Shown piece by piece: positions 27,601 through 41,800 of a stretch of DNA of 64,000 nt; the first letter of the stretch is position 1, and the number at the start of each line of letters is the position of its first letter. Where the stretch lies: positions 1,312,297 to 1,376,296 of the forward strand of contig NW_002060951.1 of NCBI RefSeq assembly GCF_000150275.1, read 5' to 3'. The notes beneath the pieces were generated by a model. It worked only from the letters and a program-made list of their open reading frames with translations. It was not told the origin of the DNA and did not search any database. Made by a program: the position numbers and the translations under genes. Origin of the DNA: Trichoplax adhaerens (taxonomy: Eukaryota > Animalia > Placozoa).

Positions 27601-28503
27601 TTTATACGATTATCATCAAGGTTAGTAAAATTAATTCCACTTCTCGTGAAATTATTTCCTTTTCTACTTTTTACTAATATGTTCAAAATGAATAAAAGCT
27701 AGTACAGTAAATATTGTATTCTTAATAATTAGGTGATGGATTCGACTCTGTTTTCTGTAGTACATAAATGAAAATAGTGGCCTGGATCAAATGGTTAACG
27801 TTTTTTCTATCCTGCTTGGCTCTTGAGGACATCGTTTAATGCCCATTATGGACATTATTCGAGCTAACTGCTAACCATATGTAATAGTTGAAGTGGTAAA
27901 TCAGCAATTAGATATCTACACTTGTTATCAAGTAATAAATTAAAACATCGCTATCGGTGTAAGCAAGAGGATTGTAGGTTAGATTTGTTTAAAAGAAAAT
28001 ATTACAAATATCTCTGACTACCTTATTGCCAAATAGATTACTACGCAAATTACTAGCTAGAACGATACGTTGTGATTCGGCCATGTTGGATAGTAAAATC
28101 GCCAAACGTAACTGATCAGCATGTTAAGTAGGGCAATATGGACAGAATCCATTTGAAATTACACTCGATCTTTAATTCAAATTAATCAGAAAGTAATAAC
28201 AAAATAATGACATACTACAACAACAGTTTAATGTTATTCAAGGCGCAACACCTTCACTTACCATACTTAGTCGACGACCACGGTAATAAATTACGGCTGT
28301 CGCAGTCGAGATGATCATCTAAAAGCACATACGAGTAATAGCAATTATTTCAGCGTATTAACTAATATTTATCGTCAGTAAAATGGATTTCCAAATGTTA
28401 GTTAGCATTGAATTCACAATTATTATTCGTTTATTTCGATGGATTAAAAGAAAGAACGAGAAAAAAGAAAACGAAATACCAACCGTGATAATACCGAGGC
28501 CAT
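24664..28503 (-). CDS. Hypothetical signal-peptide, multipass (7-8 TM) membrane protein, 6 exons, ~366 aa
   Basis: Exons 28503-28480 (MASVLSRL), 26314-25954, 25790-25744, 25632-25255, 25021-24965 and 24897-24664 all have GT/AG boundaries and join in phase (0,1,0,0,0) with no stops. The product has a signal-like N-terminus (MASVLSRLLLFSFSFSLMTIISTAMA) and repeated hydrophobic helices. The first 24-nt exon is the least certain. Confidence 0.75.
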
Positions 28504-29654
28504 TGTGAGGCAAAGTTGCAGCTATACTACGATAAAGATCAATATCTTGATCGTATAATGTCAGCATCAAGAGGAGAATCATCATCTTTGCAAAACCTAT
28601 CAGCCATTGAAATGTAATCATTAACGGACTTATATCGGTCATATTAGCTTTGTATCATGGTTCCCTATAGTCAATTAGCCCAATGTTACATTGCTGAAGT
28701 AAACAGCAGTTCGAATTATCTTGTTGTCTTGAATTAGCGACTAAACACTTTCGTAAGTTCTTTCAGCTTTAACCTAGTTAATTAAAATAAATGGATAGAT
28801 TACATCAACAAACTTGGACCATTCTATCCATCCAGTTAAATACACTACTGTAAAAATGAACATAGTATTAGTTCAATTAGTACCAGTTTTTAACGGCTGT
28901 TATGGCCTTCTTTGTATGCTGCCTGTGATGTCTAATTTTTAAACAATACACTAATACAATTCTTTTAGGACAGCCATTTCTAAATGCTAAAGGACAAGAA
29001 AATACAGTGTAAACGCTCATTATTGTATATTGAATTTGCGTGTGTATTCCTCTACGTAGAACATAACAAATTGTCTACAGCTTATTATGTAACTTGAATA
29101 ATAGCGTTCTATTGATATAAACTCCCTAGAGATCTCTGCTATGTGATTTTGGCAAAATTAAAGACTTTATCCTATCACATTAACCTACCATGAATATCGT
29201 CCATACGCTGAGTATAGTAAATTCTACGTGGAGACTTTGTAGCAAAACTAATCGGAATACAAAATCAAATTCATTCTTACGCCATGTCGAATCTCAGTCA
29301 TGAACCTCCATCTCAGCTTATTTTATAGCTAGTTTAGATTATTTAAGATCCTAGTATAGCAACCACCTACGATATTAATAATAGTATATATACGTAGATT
29401 TGCTTACAGGATGATAGGAATAATGACGTCGTGGCATGTGTTTTGCATTACATCATCTAATTTTAAATAATTAATTCAAGTTTTATCTACTCACTAACAT
29501 AGGATGGTTGATATATACATGGAAAGTTATATCATCTTCTAGAGCGAATGATTTATATGCTGTTAGATAGCTAATAGTATCAATACTTGCAATCTAGGCT
29601 CGACAGTTTATACACGCAGTACAAGCGAACGTAATTCAATATACTCCCTGTATT

Positions 29655-30025
29655 TTAATCGGTATTTGCTTCAAGAGGTTTATAGCATTACTACTAGTAT
29701 AACATGGAATACCTGTTATTGTTTTTACTGTAGTTGATTTAGATTGTACTGTAACTCTAACATATTCTTAAATATAGATATTTACAATCCTATTCCACTA
29801 TAGCTAAATATAACTTATCGGTATTTGTTTATTCAATGACAAGAGATTTGTGGTATTACTACTGGTATAAAATGGAGTACTTGTTACTTGTTTACTGTAG
29901 TGTATTTAGATTTTACTGCAACTCTAACATATAGTATACTTTCTTGCCTATAAGCATTTAATATCGTTCTTAAATAAAGAGATGTTTAAAATCTTATTCC
30001 ATTATAGCCAAATATAGCTTATCGT
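29655..30025. repeat. Diverged tandem duplication, 2 x ~160-200 bp
   Basis: ATCGGTATTTG..ATTACTACT.GTATAA.ATGGA.TAC.TGTTA..GTTT.TACTGTAGT..TTTAGATT.TACTG.AACTCTAACATAT..TATTCCA.TATAGC.AAATATA.CTTATCG at ~29658 and ~29817. Confidence 0.85.
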
Positions 30026-30469
30026 GTTTAGCACTTAAAGTCTTCACTATTTACTACAATCATTTGCTATTACATAGTCTATTATGGTATATCTTGTATC
30101 TCTAATCCTACAATCTTGTTCTCTGTATGTATACCATCTTTAAAAGTATAAAATATCACCGATTTCTATCTCAGATTTCGTTAGTTGCAATAATCACAGC
30201 GTTAGTACTTTCCACGCTACTACACGATAGACTGCACGCTGCACTATAGTAACTACCACATGTACACAACTATACTCTATGATAAAGTATCCCTTTTCTA
30301 CTAAAATCTTTACGTTGCTTACAGTATCTGCGTATTATAAGCTAAATTACCCAAAAATAAGATGACGGATTTAGCCAAGAGTATTAATGACACTTTCATG
30401 CTGTATTATAATCTCGAAAATTGACAGACATTGTCATTTTACTGTATAAACCTTACAATCAATGACTAA

Positions 30470-31037
30470 TTAATATTTCATTTTTGCATCGCTAGTCGAA
30501 ATTTTTATGTAAAAGGTAATCGTTCATAATGTTATAGACGATGATTTACTATGATATTCCTTGATAATGAAGATGGACAACGGCTCAGATTTACTGAATA
30601 GTATTTTATGTGAAATGTTAAAAATTCATAATTGATGATTAATATTCTTTTTTGCATTGCTAATTGAATCCATGTGTAAAAATAATTATTAATAGCACCA
30701 TAGACGATAATTTAATATGATTCTTGTTGATTATAAAGATGGATAATGGCGTAAATTTAGAGGACATATACCAGGTAGGTAAAAATTTCGAGGTTTCAAG
30801 AGCTTTATTATAAGATTATTAGTCAATATACTATTCCCACAATGTTAACAGCCTTGGCAATAACATATGTATATGAACTATATACAAATAGCGTATAAGT
30901 CTTCACGATTGACTACTGATATTCATTTTTTACCTAGCTAATCAAATTTTTGTGTGAAAACAACCATTAAAAGTTATATAGACGATGATTTAATATGATT
31001 TTCATTGATTACAAAGACAGCTAATAGCTCTGATTTT
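30470..31037. repeat. Three diverged copies of a ~120-bp unit
   Basis: ATATT..TTTTT..GCTA..ATAGACGAT(G/A)ATTTA.TATGAT..TTGAT.A..AAGA at ~30472, ~30641 and ~30919. Confidence 0.8.
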
Positions 31038-32229
31038 GTAAGCATCAAAAAGATATTGATTTTAAAGTTTCTAGGACTTTACTATCGTACAGAACTGTCC
31101 TAAGTCTTGGACTACCAGAGGTTTTGAAGGAAAATCAATAATAATTGTAATTTGCGTACAGGTACTTATAATATTCAAGAATTAATTTCAATGATTCAAG
31201 AGATTTATTGTTATAACTCGTAGAATCTAGCGGGCACATTTGGCCAATGAGTACTAATTTACAGACGGTAAATATGGTGCGAATATCATTTTAAGGCAAA
31301 ATTTAACTCTAAAAGAATAACTAACCGTAAACTATGGACTACTAGAAGAGAATTTAGATATGAATCTGTATATATGCAATAGATAGCAAGTTTTGTAGAA
31401 ATAAATATAATATCATGATAAAGATAACTTAAATTTAAAGATTATAAGAATATTACTCTTATATGAAATTAGCCATCTGAAATCATGGATTACTGAAAGG
31501 TGGAAGATCTAGTCAGGAAATAATGACGATTTGTATGCAAGTTCTCGCATTGCCTAATTGCCCAATATCACTCTTACTGAATTTTAAGACATTATTGTAT
31601 ATTGAAATTTTAATAAATCACAGAGTTTTATTCCTGCTCCGAAATAATAATAACGATTTGTTCTCAAGTTCTTATGTTACTAGGCTGGCCTTACATTTAC
31701 TGAATTTCAAAACTTTACCGGAGATAGAAATACCTACATAAATTATAAAGTCTTAACACGGATGAACCGAACAAGACCCCCAAAAATGTGGATAAGGATA
31801 GCCAATACGAGTAGACTAATAGAAAAGATCAGAACGGAAATAGGCCCACAAAGACCCATATACTCGTACACATAGTAAATACTGTCAGGAAGAAAATTTA
31901 CGCATACCCTATAGGAATAAGCCGATTTCTTAATTAAAGGACTGTATAGTATATACAGTATTTGCATCAGTCCATCATCACCAGTGAATCTTTCTGCAGC
32001 TACTTATACCTAACCTCATCAAGATTTTCTTACCATTATTATTCATTCATGTTTATTCTATCAGACTTAAATAATGTGGTACAGTCATTGTTACTGCACA
32101 TTGATTACATTCTTTATATCCTAATTAATTATTCGCGGGTAGTCCTTTTTATGGTCAGGAGAAATTGACTAATTATTAGCTTATTTCAGCTCTAAAATAA
32201 TTTGCATGATAATAGCATCGGTAAGCTTG

Positions 32230-32243
32230 GGTGCCATAGTAAC
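32230..32243. promoter_or_regulatory. RFX X-box-like motif upstream of the large EF-hand-like gene
   Basis: GGTGCCATAGTAAC against the X-box consensus GTTNCCATRGYAAC (one mismatch). It lies ~80 nt before a likely non-coding-exon donor (AAAG|GTAACA, ~32324) and ~575 nt before the ATG. Confidence 0.55.
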
Positions 32244-32817
32244 CGAGTCCATCACAAAACCTATACTAAAACAAGGAAATGGCTTCGGTCTATCATGTGT
32301 ATACTCCGCTTCGATGACAAAAGGTAACAATTTATCATCTTACTGACATCACTGCAAGTTAATTACTATCCTTCTGCTTCGTCGTTGATAGTTTATAACA
32401 GCAATTTGCCCACTTTAAGCAGTTACTGGTAACGTTATGCAACTGATTTAAAGGAAAATTATTTTCAACTGTTGATAATCAAGCTATCGATATCATGACT
32501 GTGCTATGCAATGATTAAAAATTGATAGCAACAGGTTGTATATTTGCAAAGTAAACTTGGATGTCAATGGCAGTTATAAAACAAGGAAAAAAAGAAAGAA
32601 AGTAATCAAATCAAAGCTTCGTAACATCTGGTTCCTTAATCTCTATTTTATAGATTGATTTTGAATTTGTCCGCAATAGGCTACAATATTGAATTTCTAG
32701 TAAAAATCAGTTGTTAAACTGATATTTTATTCTTCTAAAGATGAAAGTGTGATTATGATTTCTTATTTAGCTATTGTAATATTCAGATAGGATTATTTTA
32801 ACTCAATATTAATCGCT

Positions 32818-35800
32818 ATGGCTTTACCTGCTATTATTGATCGTAAAGCTACCAATATTAACCCTTTGGATCACTTAAAAAAAGAACATAATTTTAAAAA
32901 TCAAGAGAAAGAATTTCGATTACCAAAACTGAAGAATGATGCTAATCAACTGAAAGATTTACACCAAAATTTTCCCTATCAACTTTCTCGAAAACGCCAG
33001 TTAATTGAAGAGAACCAATCGTCCATCAGAAGGCCCGATGGCACGGTGGGAATTAATTCTAACTTTCGACCACCAGTCAAGAAACCATTTCATTTAAATC
33101 CGTTGACACGTTCAATAGAGAATGTATACGATCCTAAACAAGATGATGGGCAATTGCGTCCTTCTCATCATAAATTAAGTGTAAGTATAACTATTAATCC
33201 CTTCACTTCCTTAAAAAGATAATATATCACCATAATTATTTCAAGTCAGATCACATTGTATTTTCCCACTTAGCGAAATAAAGTACTTGATGGCATTCTA
33301 TGGCTTGATATTTCACTACGTACAGTATAGCTACTGTACTAATAACAATAATATCACACACTTTATTTTCTTAATTTAGTAGAAATGTAAAACTTTTGAT
33401 TCTCTCTGACCTAAAGTCCAGTAATAGTTGTACATGTGATTCTCGCTATGTTCATATCATGTTCACGCTTGAAAATCCCACAGATTAGATGGTTAACATT
33501 TCGCAATCCCATATTCTTGCACGCGTGTAGATAAACTATTCTATCCCACTCTCCTTCTACCTTTAAAACTGCCAACTTTACCCAATATGAAGAGTAATAT
33601 ATTATATTGTAATTATAGTTAGCACTATGAGAGAATTATTCCGATAACCATCTATTTTTGATTTATCAATTTTCTGGCTTCATCATTCCTAAGAGGAGAC
33701 TTACGATGCTACTTAGTAGACTAAAGCATTTCAAGTATTTGCAAAATGATTGATTTCGCAAATTGCCGGTAACAACTCTACTCTCCTTCTACCTTAAAAC
33801 TACTAACGTTATCTAATATTAAAGGAGTAATATATGTACTACATTGTAACCATAATTGGTGCTATAAGAAAATTATACTGATGACCATCTATTTTCGATT
33901 TATCCTTTTCTTATTTCATCATTTGTTAGCAGACGACTTATGATGCTGCTTAGTAGACTACAGAAAATAATATACCAGCACTACACATTTCAACTGCTTT
34001 GTCGTTGTTAAATAAGATTTCTAGTTACCTTATGATACTCTAGTACATTTACAGTACAGTGGCGGCAAATACTAAAGACTGCCGGGAGGTCAGAGATCTA
34101 TTATTCTTCTTAACTGATCTTTAAAGTGATTGTGACTTTAGTAATAGCATTCATGTACAACTTAAATATGCTACTTCATTTAATCTTATTTTGATAGCTT
34201 AAATATTTTTGATCTTAACAGTATTAAAATATACGTCTAACGGCGTTGATCATTTATGACACTTATCGTACTTCATGCACTGATTAGACTTTAATTCTAG
34301 ATCATTATAAGCGGTGTTCTATTTAAATATCTATTGGATAGAGTATCTCATTATGTATCGCATATTTATATCGTACAGTATATGCGAGTACGATATTTTT
34401 GCTATAATTTCTCTAGTAGTTATACAATTTTAAATTGAAGTTATTTCTTATCGTATTTTATAATTAAATCCTCGCTAAAATATTTTTCTTCTAGAAATCG
34501 GTCGATACTTTAAACCAATTGGAGGAAGAAAAGCATGCGGGAAAGTAAGGACTTTGACTTGTTTCTAAATAAAATTGTACTATAATAAGCTTTTATAGCA
34601 ATCCAGACTTAGGATATATAATATGTACCATTTTGTTAGTTTTGCTAGTAAAAACTACGGTTTTTATCAATACTTTTATGATAGCTATCACATTGCATAC
34701 TGTACTAAGAAATATTTTCGACAATATTTTGGACAAGATGTTCTACATACTTTGATTATTTATTTTTATTTTTAAATGAATAACAAAACTTTCTTCTTTT
34801 GTTACAAAGTGGTGGACATATTTATATTACCGAAGATGATTTAATATGGTTGCCGGATATTCCTGAAGTACCCGATACAATTCGACCGATGTTAGAGGTA
34901 AGTGTGTACATTATACTCATATATATTTTTAATTGTACAGAAACCACCTATTTCTTATTTATATTAGCATAGCAGTTACAATGTTGTTTCAGTATAATTA
35001 CCAATAGACAGAATTAATATCTACAGTATACTGGAGATTGAATGAAGGACTAATTTCATGATTACTGTAATTTAAGTTCTGTTTTACGTAGATTCGGAAT
35101 GATATCGCCGATATATCTTAGATGTATAATATTACGTTTACTCTTAGCATAAACATTGGAATTAAATAGCATCTGATATGAAATTCTAAAAGACAATATA
35201 TTTAATCGATTATATCTAAAATAAATCTTATGTATATGGTATGTTCAGCAATTATATCATCCACCTACTGAGGATAAAAAGGTTCAGTACATGCCTATTG
35301 TTGCTCAGCCACCCATGGACAATAAATCCATCCACAATCACGAAAAACGAGAACCAAATAGGCCTATTGCATCTCTTTGTAAAGGGTGTATCCGATTAGA
35401 AACTCAAGAACTTCGGTAATTGAATGGTGATAGTGAATAAATTGCTTGAATGTGTATTTGAAATATCTTATAGAAGCTAAGTGCTATATTTTAATGATAA
35501 AATTCAATTGCTAAACATATACCTTAGGTTTCCAAGAGCTATTCGTACGGGAGGGGGTTATATTATATTTAACCAGCAATTGAGAGATATACTGTCCAAT
35601 TTTAATCCTGATGATGAAGGTTCTATTCCACCACGACTGAGATTTGTTGAATTACCTGAAAGAGATTATAGTAAAATTTTACCCGGTAAGTAGCGAATAC
35701 GGGCTCTGATTGCACGGAGCCACTATTAGGTAATCATGATATATCGTTTACACAATCGATATACTTATAATTTTGCTTCAATTTAGGATATTTATTAAAA

Positions 35801-38800
35801 GATCATGTACCTATCACACCTGTACATAAGAATTCAACTAGACCTGAATCGCCTAAGTGGACTCCACATAATCCACTGCCTTGGCCAGCACCAGTCTGGC
35901 CTAAAGTGAAAAAGAAACCAACTACCAAGTTTATTGATCAACGAATTAGTTTAGTAGCTGATAAAAGGATGAAAGAGAAAAAATTAAAAAAGGAAAAAAA
36001 TAAAGATAAGGCTGTTGGTAAAATTTATTGCATACCATTAGTCAAGTTAGATCCTAAACTAAAGAAATCATTGAGAATTACTGATAGCCGTGGTAATCAT
36101 ATTAGCAATAATAAGTTCACGATTGTTCAAAGTATGGACGATATCAAAAACACGACAATAGCTCATTATACCAAGTTAGGGAATCAACATACTGGCAGTT
36201 TTGGATTACAAAGAAGCAAGCCTGCCATTAAAATCGATGTAATAACATCCCATGCTACGGAGGTAATTATAATATTAGGAGCCAATTAAATTATTGCAAA
36301 CTATAGTATTTATTTTCCATGCAATATCTTAAAATTATTTTACAAGATAGCGATACGCAATAACTTCACGGATTTAAATTAGTGTTTTAGAGCCTTATTT
36401 CATAAAATTTTTTAATTCTTACCTTCTATCAGAGAGATATAATAGTATAGTATTTTATATTCACTTATTTAGAACTAAAATATATTTGCTCGAACATATA
36501 ATAACAGAATAGATATACTAATATGCACAGTTTTTAATCATTCGATCTTTTGAAAGGCAATTGTTATAGTCAACTATAGTGCAGCTATTCGTAATTATAG
36601 CTTTTAATCTCTTCTATATTTATTTATAAGTTATTATCGGTAAAAGAATTCTAACCTTAAATTTTTAATATATTTTTAGCCAAATTTTACTATGATTAGG
36701 AGATCATGACAAACAGATTTAAATTATAATTAATTTAATGTAATCTAGGTTGGCTATATCCCAACTATAGTTCCACCTAATACAGTTCTCGATAACCCAG
36801 AAGATGAATATATTCCAGTTCCTGTTGAAGACTTTGATCATTTATCTATCTATAATGAGCCCGCCAAGTTAGAAGATAAAGCTGCTGAAGTTAAAAGGGA
36901 AATACTGGCTTCTAGGCTTGAACAATCTAATCTCGATGATGTCAATGATCTATCGCAAGAAGATAATTATAACAGCGATCATTCAAATAAAGATCATGCT
37001 TATTCGAGAAAACCACAGAAATCTATAACAATTAATACTACTTCGTCATCGGTACCATATAGTTTACCCCACGCCAATATCGATGTTATGAAAAGTGATG
37101 AAGAGGATAAAAATGAGACTACAGAGAATGTAGTTGCAGATATAGTTGATTCAAATGAAGAGAGTTACACTATCGTTAATCCCCAAGAAGAAGAAGAAGA
37201 AGAAATGTTAACAATGGAAGAAGATGATGGGCATGATGATGAGGTTATAGAAGGCCAGAAAGGCCATAAAATGATGAAAATTCGCAAGTTAAAGCAAAAA
37301 GGATTGGCATTACATGAGGATAGATCTAATGCTCATATTACCAATGTTCCGGCTTCAAATCAACATCCTGAATCCAACATGAAATCATCACTGTTGTTGG
37401 CAGAGAAAGAGGAAAATTCCGCTAGTATTGTAGTTGCACAACCGGCTGAAGATGCTCTAACTGCAACACCTACCAGTGAATTATGGTATCCTGACGAAGC
37501 TCGAGCACCAAGTGCAACGAATCTTGCTGGTCAGATCTATCGCTTAGATGATGGTAGTGTAACTCCTAATAGTGCACTGTCTATAGCAACTAATAGTAGA
37601 ATGCAGCAGGTCTATTCCTCTACCGATGCTCATCCAAGTCAGTTAGGCGATCAAACAAATGATAATTTAGGTTTCATGATTGGTGGTAAACATATTACAA
37701 CTCAACAAGCAAGAGAAGATATTTCTATCGGACAACAAGTAGAATTAACTAAGCAAAGTCACCATGAAGTTATGGACGAGCTAAAACGGGTTATTCTGCG
37801 AAAAAATAACCCTAATGAATTGAATAAACGTTCATTAAATCCATGTATGTATCCTACATTGTCTTGCCAGATTTCGCCTACCTGTATTCAATTTTGCGAC
37901 AGTTGGATAAGCTTATGTAAAAGATTGCTAAATTAATTGAATGTGGTCTTAAAGTTTTAAAATTCTTTACCCTTACCATTATAGTAATGCAGGTTGGGCG
38001 AAGCCGAGCTAAATCACAAATCGCTGCTCCTAAATCAGTAGCAAAGGATGAAATTAAGAATATACCTAGCGATAAGTCTGATGATGACGATAACAATGAT
38101 GACGAAAATATAACGAAATCGGTTAAAAATCCACCTCAAGGTTAGATAATAGAATTGACTACAAAATTATTTATTTATGATTACGAGTATCGCGACATAT
38201 TTAATTGTCTAGTTTTTATTAAAAGCAATTTATTCAAAACGTATTTCTATTATAGTGCTATTATTTATTGCTCGAAGTTGTCACTTCAAGTCAATCTAAA
38301 TTATTTGGCTTACCATATTAAAATTTGATTTATTTACATTACACAAACTAGAATCGAAAGATGTTGAAAACAGTAATGACGCACCAGCAGCATCTGGAGG
38401 ATTTTTAGCTCCGCCAAGGCTCCAAATTGGAATTAAAACTGTTAATCCAGTAATTGTTGCTCAAAAAGTCGATGGGATTAAAATTGCTAAACCAACCTTT
38501 AGACAACGCAGTTATACTATTAATCCAAGTACTGATTCTGCAGAACATCGAAAAAGGAATGATGATACGGATACGCATAGTCTGTCTTCAACTCAAACTG
38601 GTAAAAACCAGAGTAAAGACGATGGACACGTCGAAGAAAATTCATGTAAGGAGATGCCTCTATCTTGCCAATAAACTCTAAATATTTTATTGAATAGTGA
38701 TAGAAATCACTATGATACGAAGAAGGCCATAGATCGCAGAAATATCATCAATTTTATGCAATAATATACCGCTATTTTATGAATTTGAAACTTTTAATCC

Positions 38801-41800
38801 TATATGGTAGTGATGGTCTGTTGCTATAGAAAATAGACTATTGTAACTTTGATTACACTTTTTACAAAGTAGGCCTAGCTTGAGCAAGTATAGTTCCGAA
38901 AATAGTAAAGAAAATGTTTACAGGCTATTATTACTATCTTGCTATACTGTAAATTGATAGGTGTGATTCTATTTAGAAGTGATGGTAGAACAGGCATCGT
39001 ATAATGAAAAATAAAATTATCAGTTAGTCTATATTTATTTGGTGAATAATTGGTTGTATTCCTATTTCAGTACCACTTGATCTAACAGGAGCTATTGGAG
39101 GGGGAGTTTACTTAACTTATAAGCCAGGTAACATTTAATTCATTAACAACTTTCATTATAATAAATTAGTTAAAATTTTCGATTAATGTTGTTTCTGACT
39201 GTAGAATTCATTCAACGGCCAGTATTGTTAAAACTGTAAATATTGATTTGATTAAACTATAATCAATGTTATACAGACCTCAAAATTAATTTAAATTATA
39301 ATCGCGCTGTCGGTGAATCTAATTAGTAGCACTTGATAGCTGTGTTTATTTAACAAAGTTGGCGCTGGATAGCCAATAATAATAATAATCATTTATAGTT
39401 TTAACCACTAACTACATTGGCTTTTTGCATTTTAGTTAACAATAATGCTCTTCGAAGAGATGAATATGTAGCCGCGCTAGATAAACGACAAGGTATGATG
39501 GAATTAATCGATTATTTCACTAAATCGATTCAGAATAAGATATAGTATATAATAAGATGATCAGTTTATGCAAGCATACCGTAATTCAAATTTATTATTC
39601 ATCGCTTCGTATTTTAGGCGTGGAAAGAAGAATTATGGAGAGACAGAAAAATCGTCGAATTAAGAGAACAATCAAACGAACGAATGAGAAGGGAGAAGAA
39701 GAAATAGTAGTAGTAGAAGAAGAAGTTGAAGTAGAAGAAGAAGAAGAAGAAGAATTTTTTGTTGATGAAGATGATCCTGTCTTGCGAGAAAATTCACCGA
39801 CTGATGTTGATTTAACTGAAGAATTATTGCACGGAGAATATATAGACAATCCTGATCATAACCATGCTCATGAAACGGATGATTCTATGCTTAAATCAGA
39901 TCAAGATGCTCTAGTTCATGACGAAAATAACTTGGAAGAAAGTCATTCAGCTAGTGATGGTCAATCGTTGCATATGGAAAAAGATACGAATAACCAAGGC
40001 CGCAGCATTTCAATCAAGAAACCCAATAAAATTATCCCCAAAAATGGCCCTTCAGAAAACCAAACTGTGAATAGGCCAGAAGCTCCGACCATGCAAAATG
40101 TACCAAAGATCGAAGCTCCTCAAACTCCTGAGCCAATCCCTGATGTTGAATTGATAGGAAAGTTGAGCACGACAAGTAAGTCATTACAGGATCTTACTAT
40201 TATTATCTGCCGGAACATATCGACTACATTTATGGAGACTAACTTTTGTTTGGTTAATTAGATTCTTTAGCAAATGATACAACAACAGAAACGAAAGGAT
40301 TATCATTAGGAGTATCTCCAATTTCAAGGCAAAATCCTCTATCAAGGGGAAAGAATAAAGTTCAAAATATCCGAAAACCTAACGCTGGAAGGTCTCTAAA
40401 AGAACCTCCATTAGTCCCATTAATCGATCCCTTATCTTTCAAAGTTAGTAGTTCCGAAGTTTTAACGGATGAAGATACGGACGATCTATTAGCAGTAAGT
40501 TGATGTTGATTTCTATATTTTATTACATATTAAGTGATCCGCTTGCTCTTGACTAACGAAATGAACTGATATAACTGCTAATCTATTTTTTTTTTGTAAT
40601 GTAGGATAGCGACGATGATGAAGATAGAAATCCATTGGGTGAAGGCTTATATTCATTTACTGCCGCCCAGCTTGACGAGACTGTTGATATACAAGATACT
40701 GCTACTGCACCAGATTATAAGAAAGATGAAGATTTTGTTGGTAATCTCTTTCCATTCGATGCCGAAATATTTTTTCGTCGTGGAGGTGATTTATTCGAAA
40801 GTAAATGTAATTCACGCAATGAAAGTAGACAAGAAGGAGAAATAGACGAAACAGAAACTACGATTCCCGATGTTGATATATCAGACATACCTAAAGTGGC
40901 TATTGAAGCTCCTGATATGCCTGCTATAGCTCCACCACCAGTGCCAACATTCTCCGATGATAAGGTAGCTTTTCGAATACAGATCTTTCTTATTGTACTG
41001 ATTACAATATCAAGATACTGTGCGCCTATCTCTGTTCATGTTTTCGGATATACGATACTTAATGGAGCGATTCTTGATCCTATTAATTTGCGTATATATA
41101 AGGAAAAGATCAAGTCGATTGATCTTCTTCATGCCAAAGCATGAATGATAAACATGCTTTTTTACCGTATAAAGTATAACAAGCATGACGTGTTCTAATT
41201 GCATTCGCAAGCCTATAACACTTACTTTCTTTTCGAATAATAAGAGGAACATATTCATCCAATTTTACAGTCTAGCATACAACCATCATGAAAAATTTGA
41301 CAACTAATCGTTTTTAAACTCATATAATATGTATTCATCTCCTGTGTCGTAGCGAAGTAAGAGCATAAATATTATTTAAATCTGAAAGGATAACCATTAT
41401 TTAATCATTTATTTTTTAGCCAAACATTGATAGATCAAAATGGTTAGGATTCCGACGTAAAGAAATTCAATCACAAGCACCTGAAAAGAAACAGTTAAAA
41501 AAGAAAAAGAAGAAAGTCATAATTAAAGCAAGGTAGAGTAATTGATTTTTCAAGAATATGTTGTAATACATTTTCTGGCTACCAAATTTATCGATCGAAT
41601 AATTTCTTTTCTTATCAATTAATTAAATTCAATAGTTTTCAAAGAAATCGACAAAATCATACCCCAGATAGTGAAACAAATCAGTTAGGTTTGGATGATG
41701 ATGAAGACGATTACTACGATAGATTTTACAGCCCTAAGATGATATCACCGAGTAAGCATCGCTCTATTTATAAATCTAATAGAGTCTCTGCTAGCCTCTT

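Noticed and set aside
28358-28642. 94-aa hydrophobic ORF from the track
   Set aside because: Better explained as 5' UTR plus the 24-nt first exon (in a different frame) and the pyrimidine-rich intron start of the membrane protein gene.
39595-39849. Ser-rich minus-strand ORF (also 7500-7691, 8697-8882, 18233-18499, 37878-38096, 43191-43460, 58554-58859, 60826-61050)
   Set aside because: These are antisense shadows of real plus-strand exons, for example GAA repeats read as TCT/TTC.
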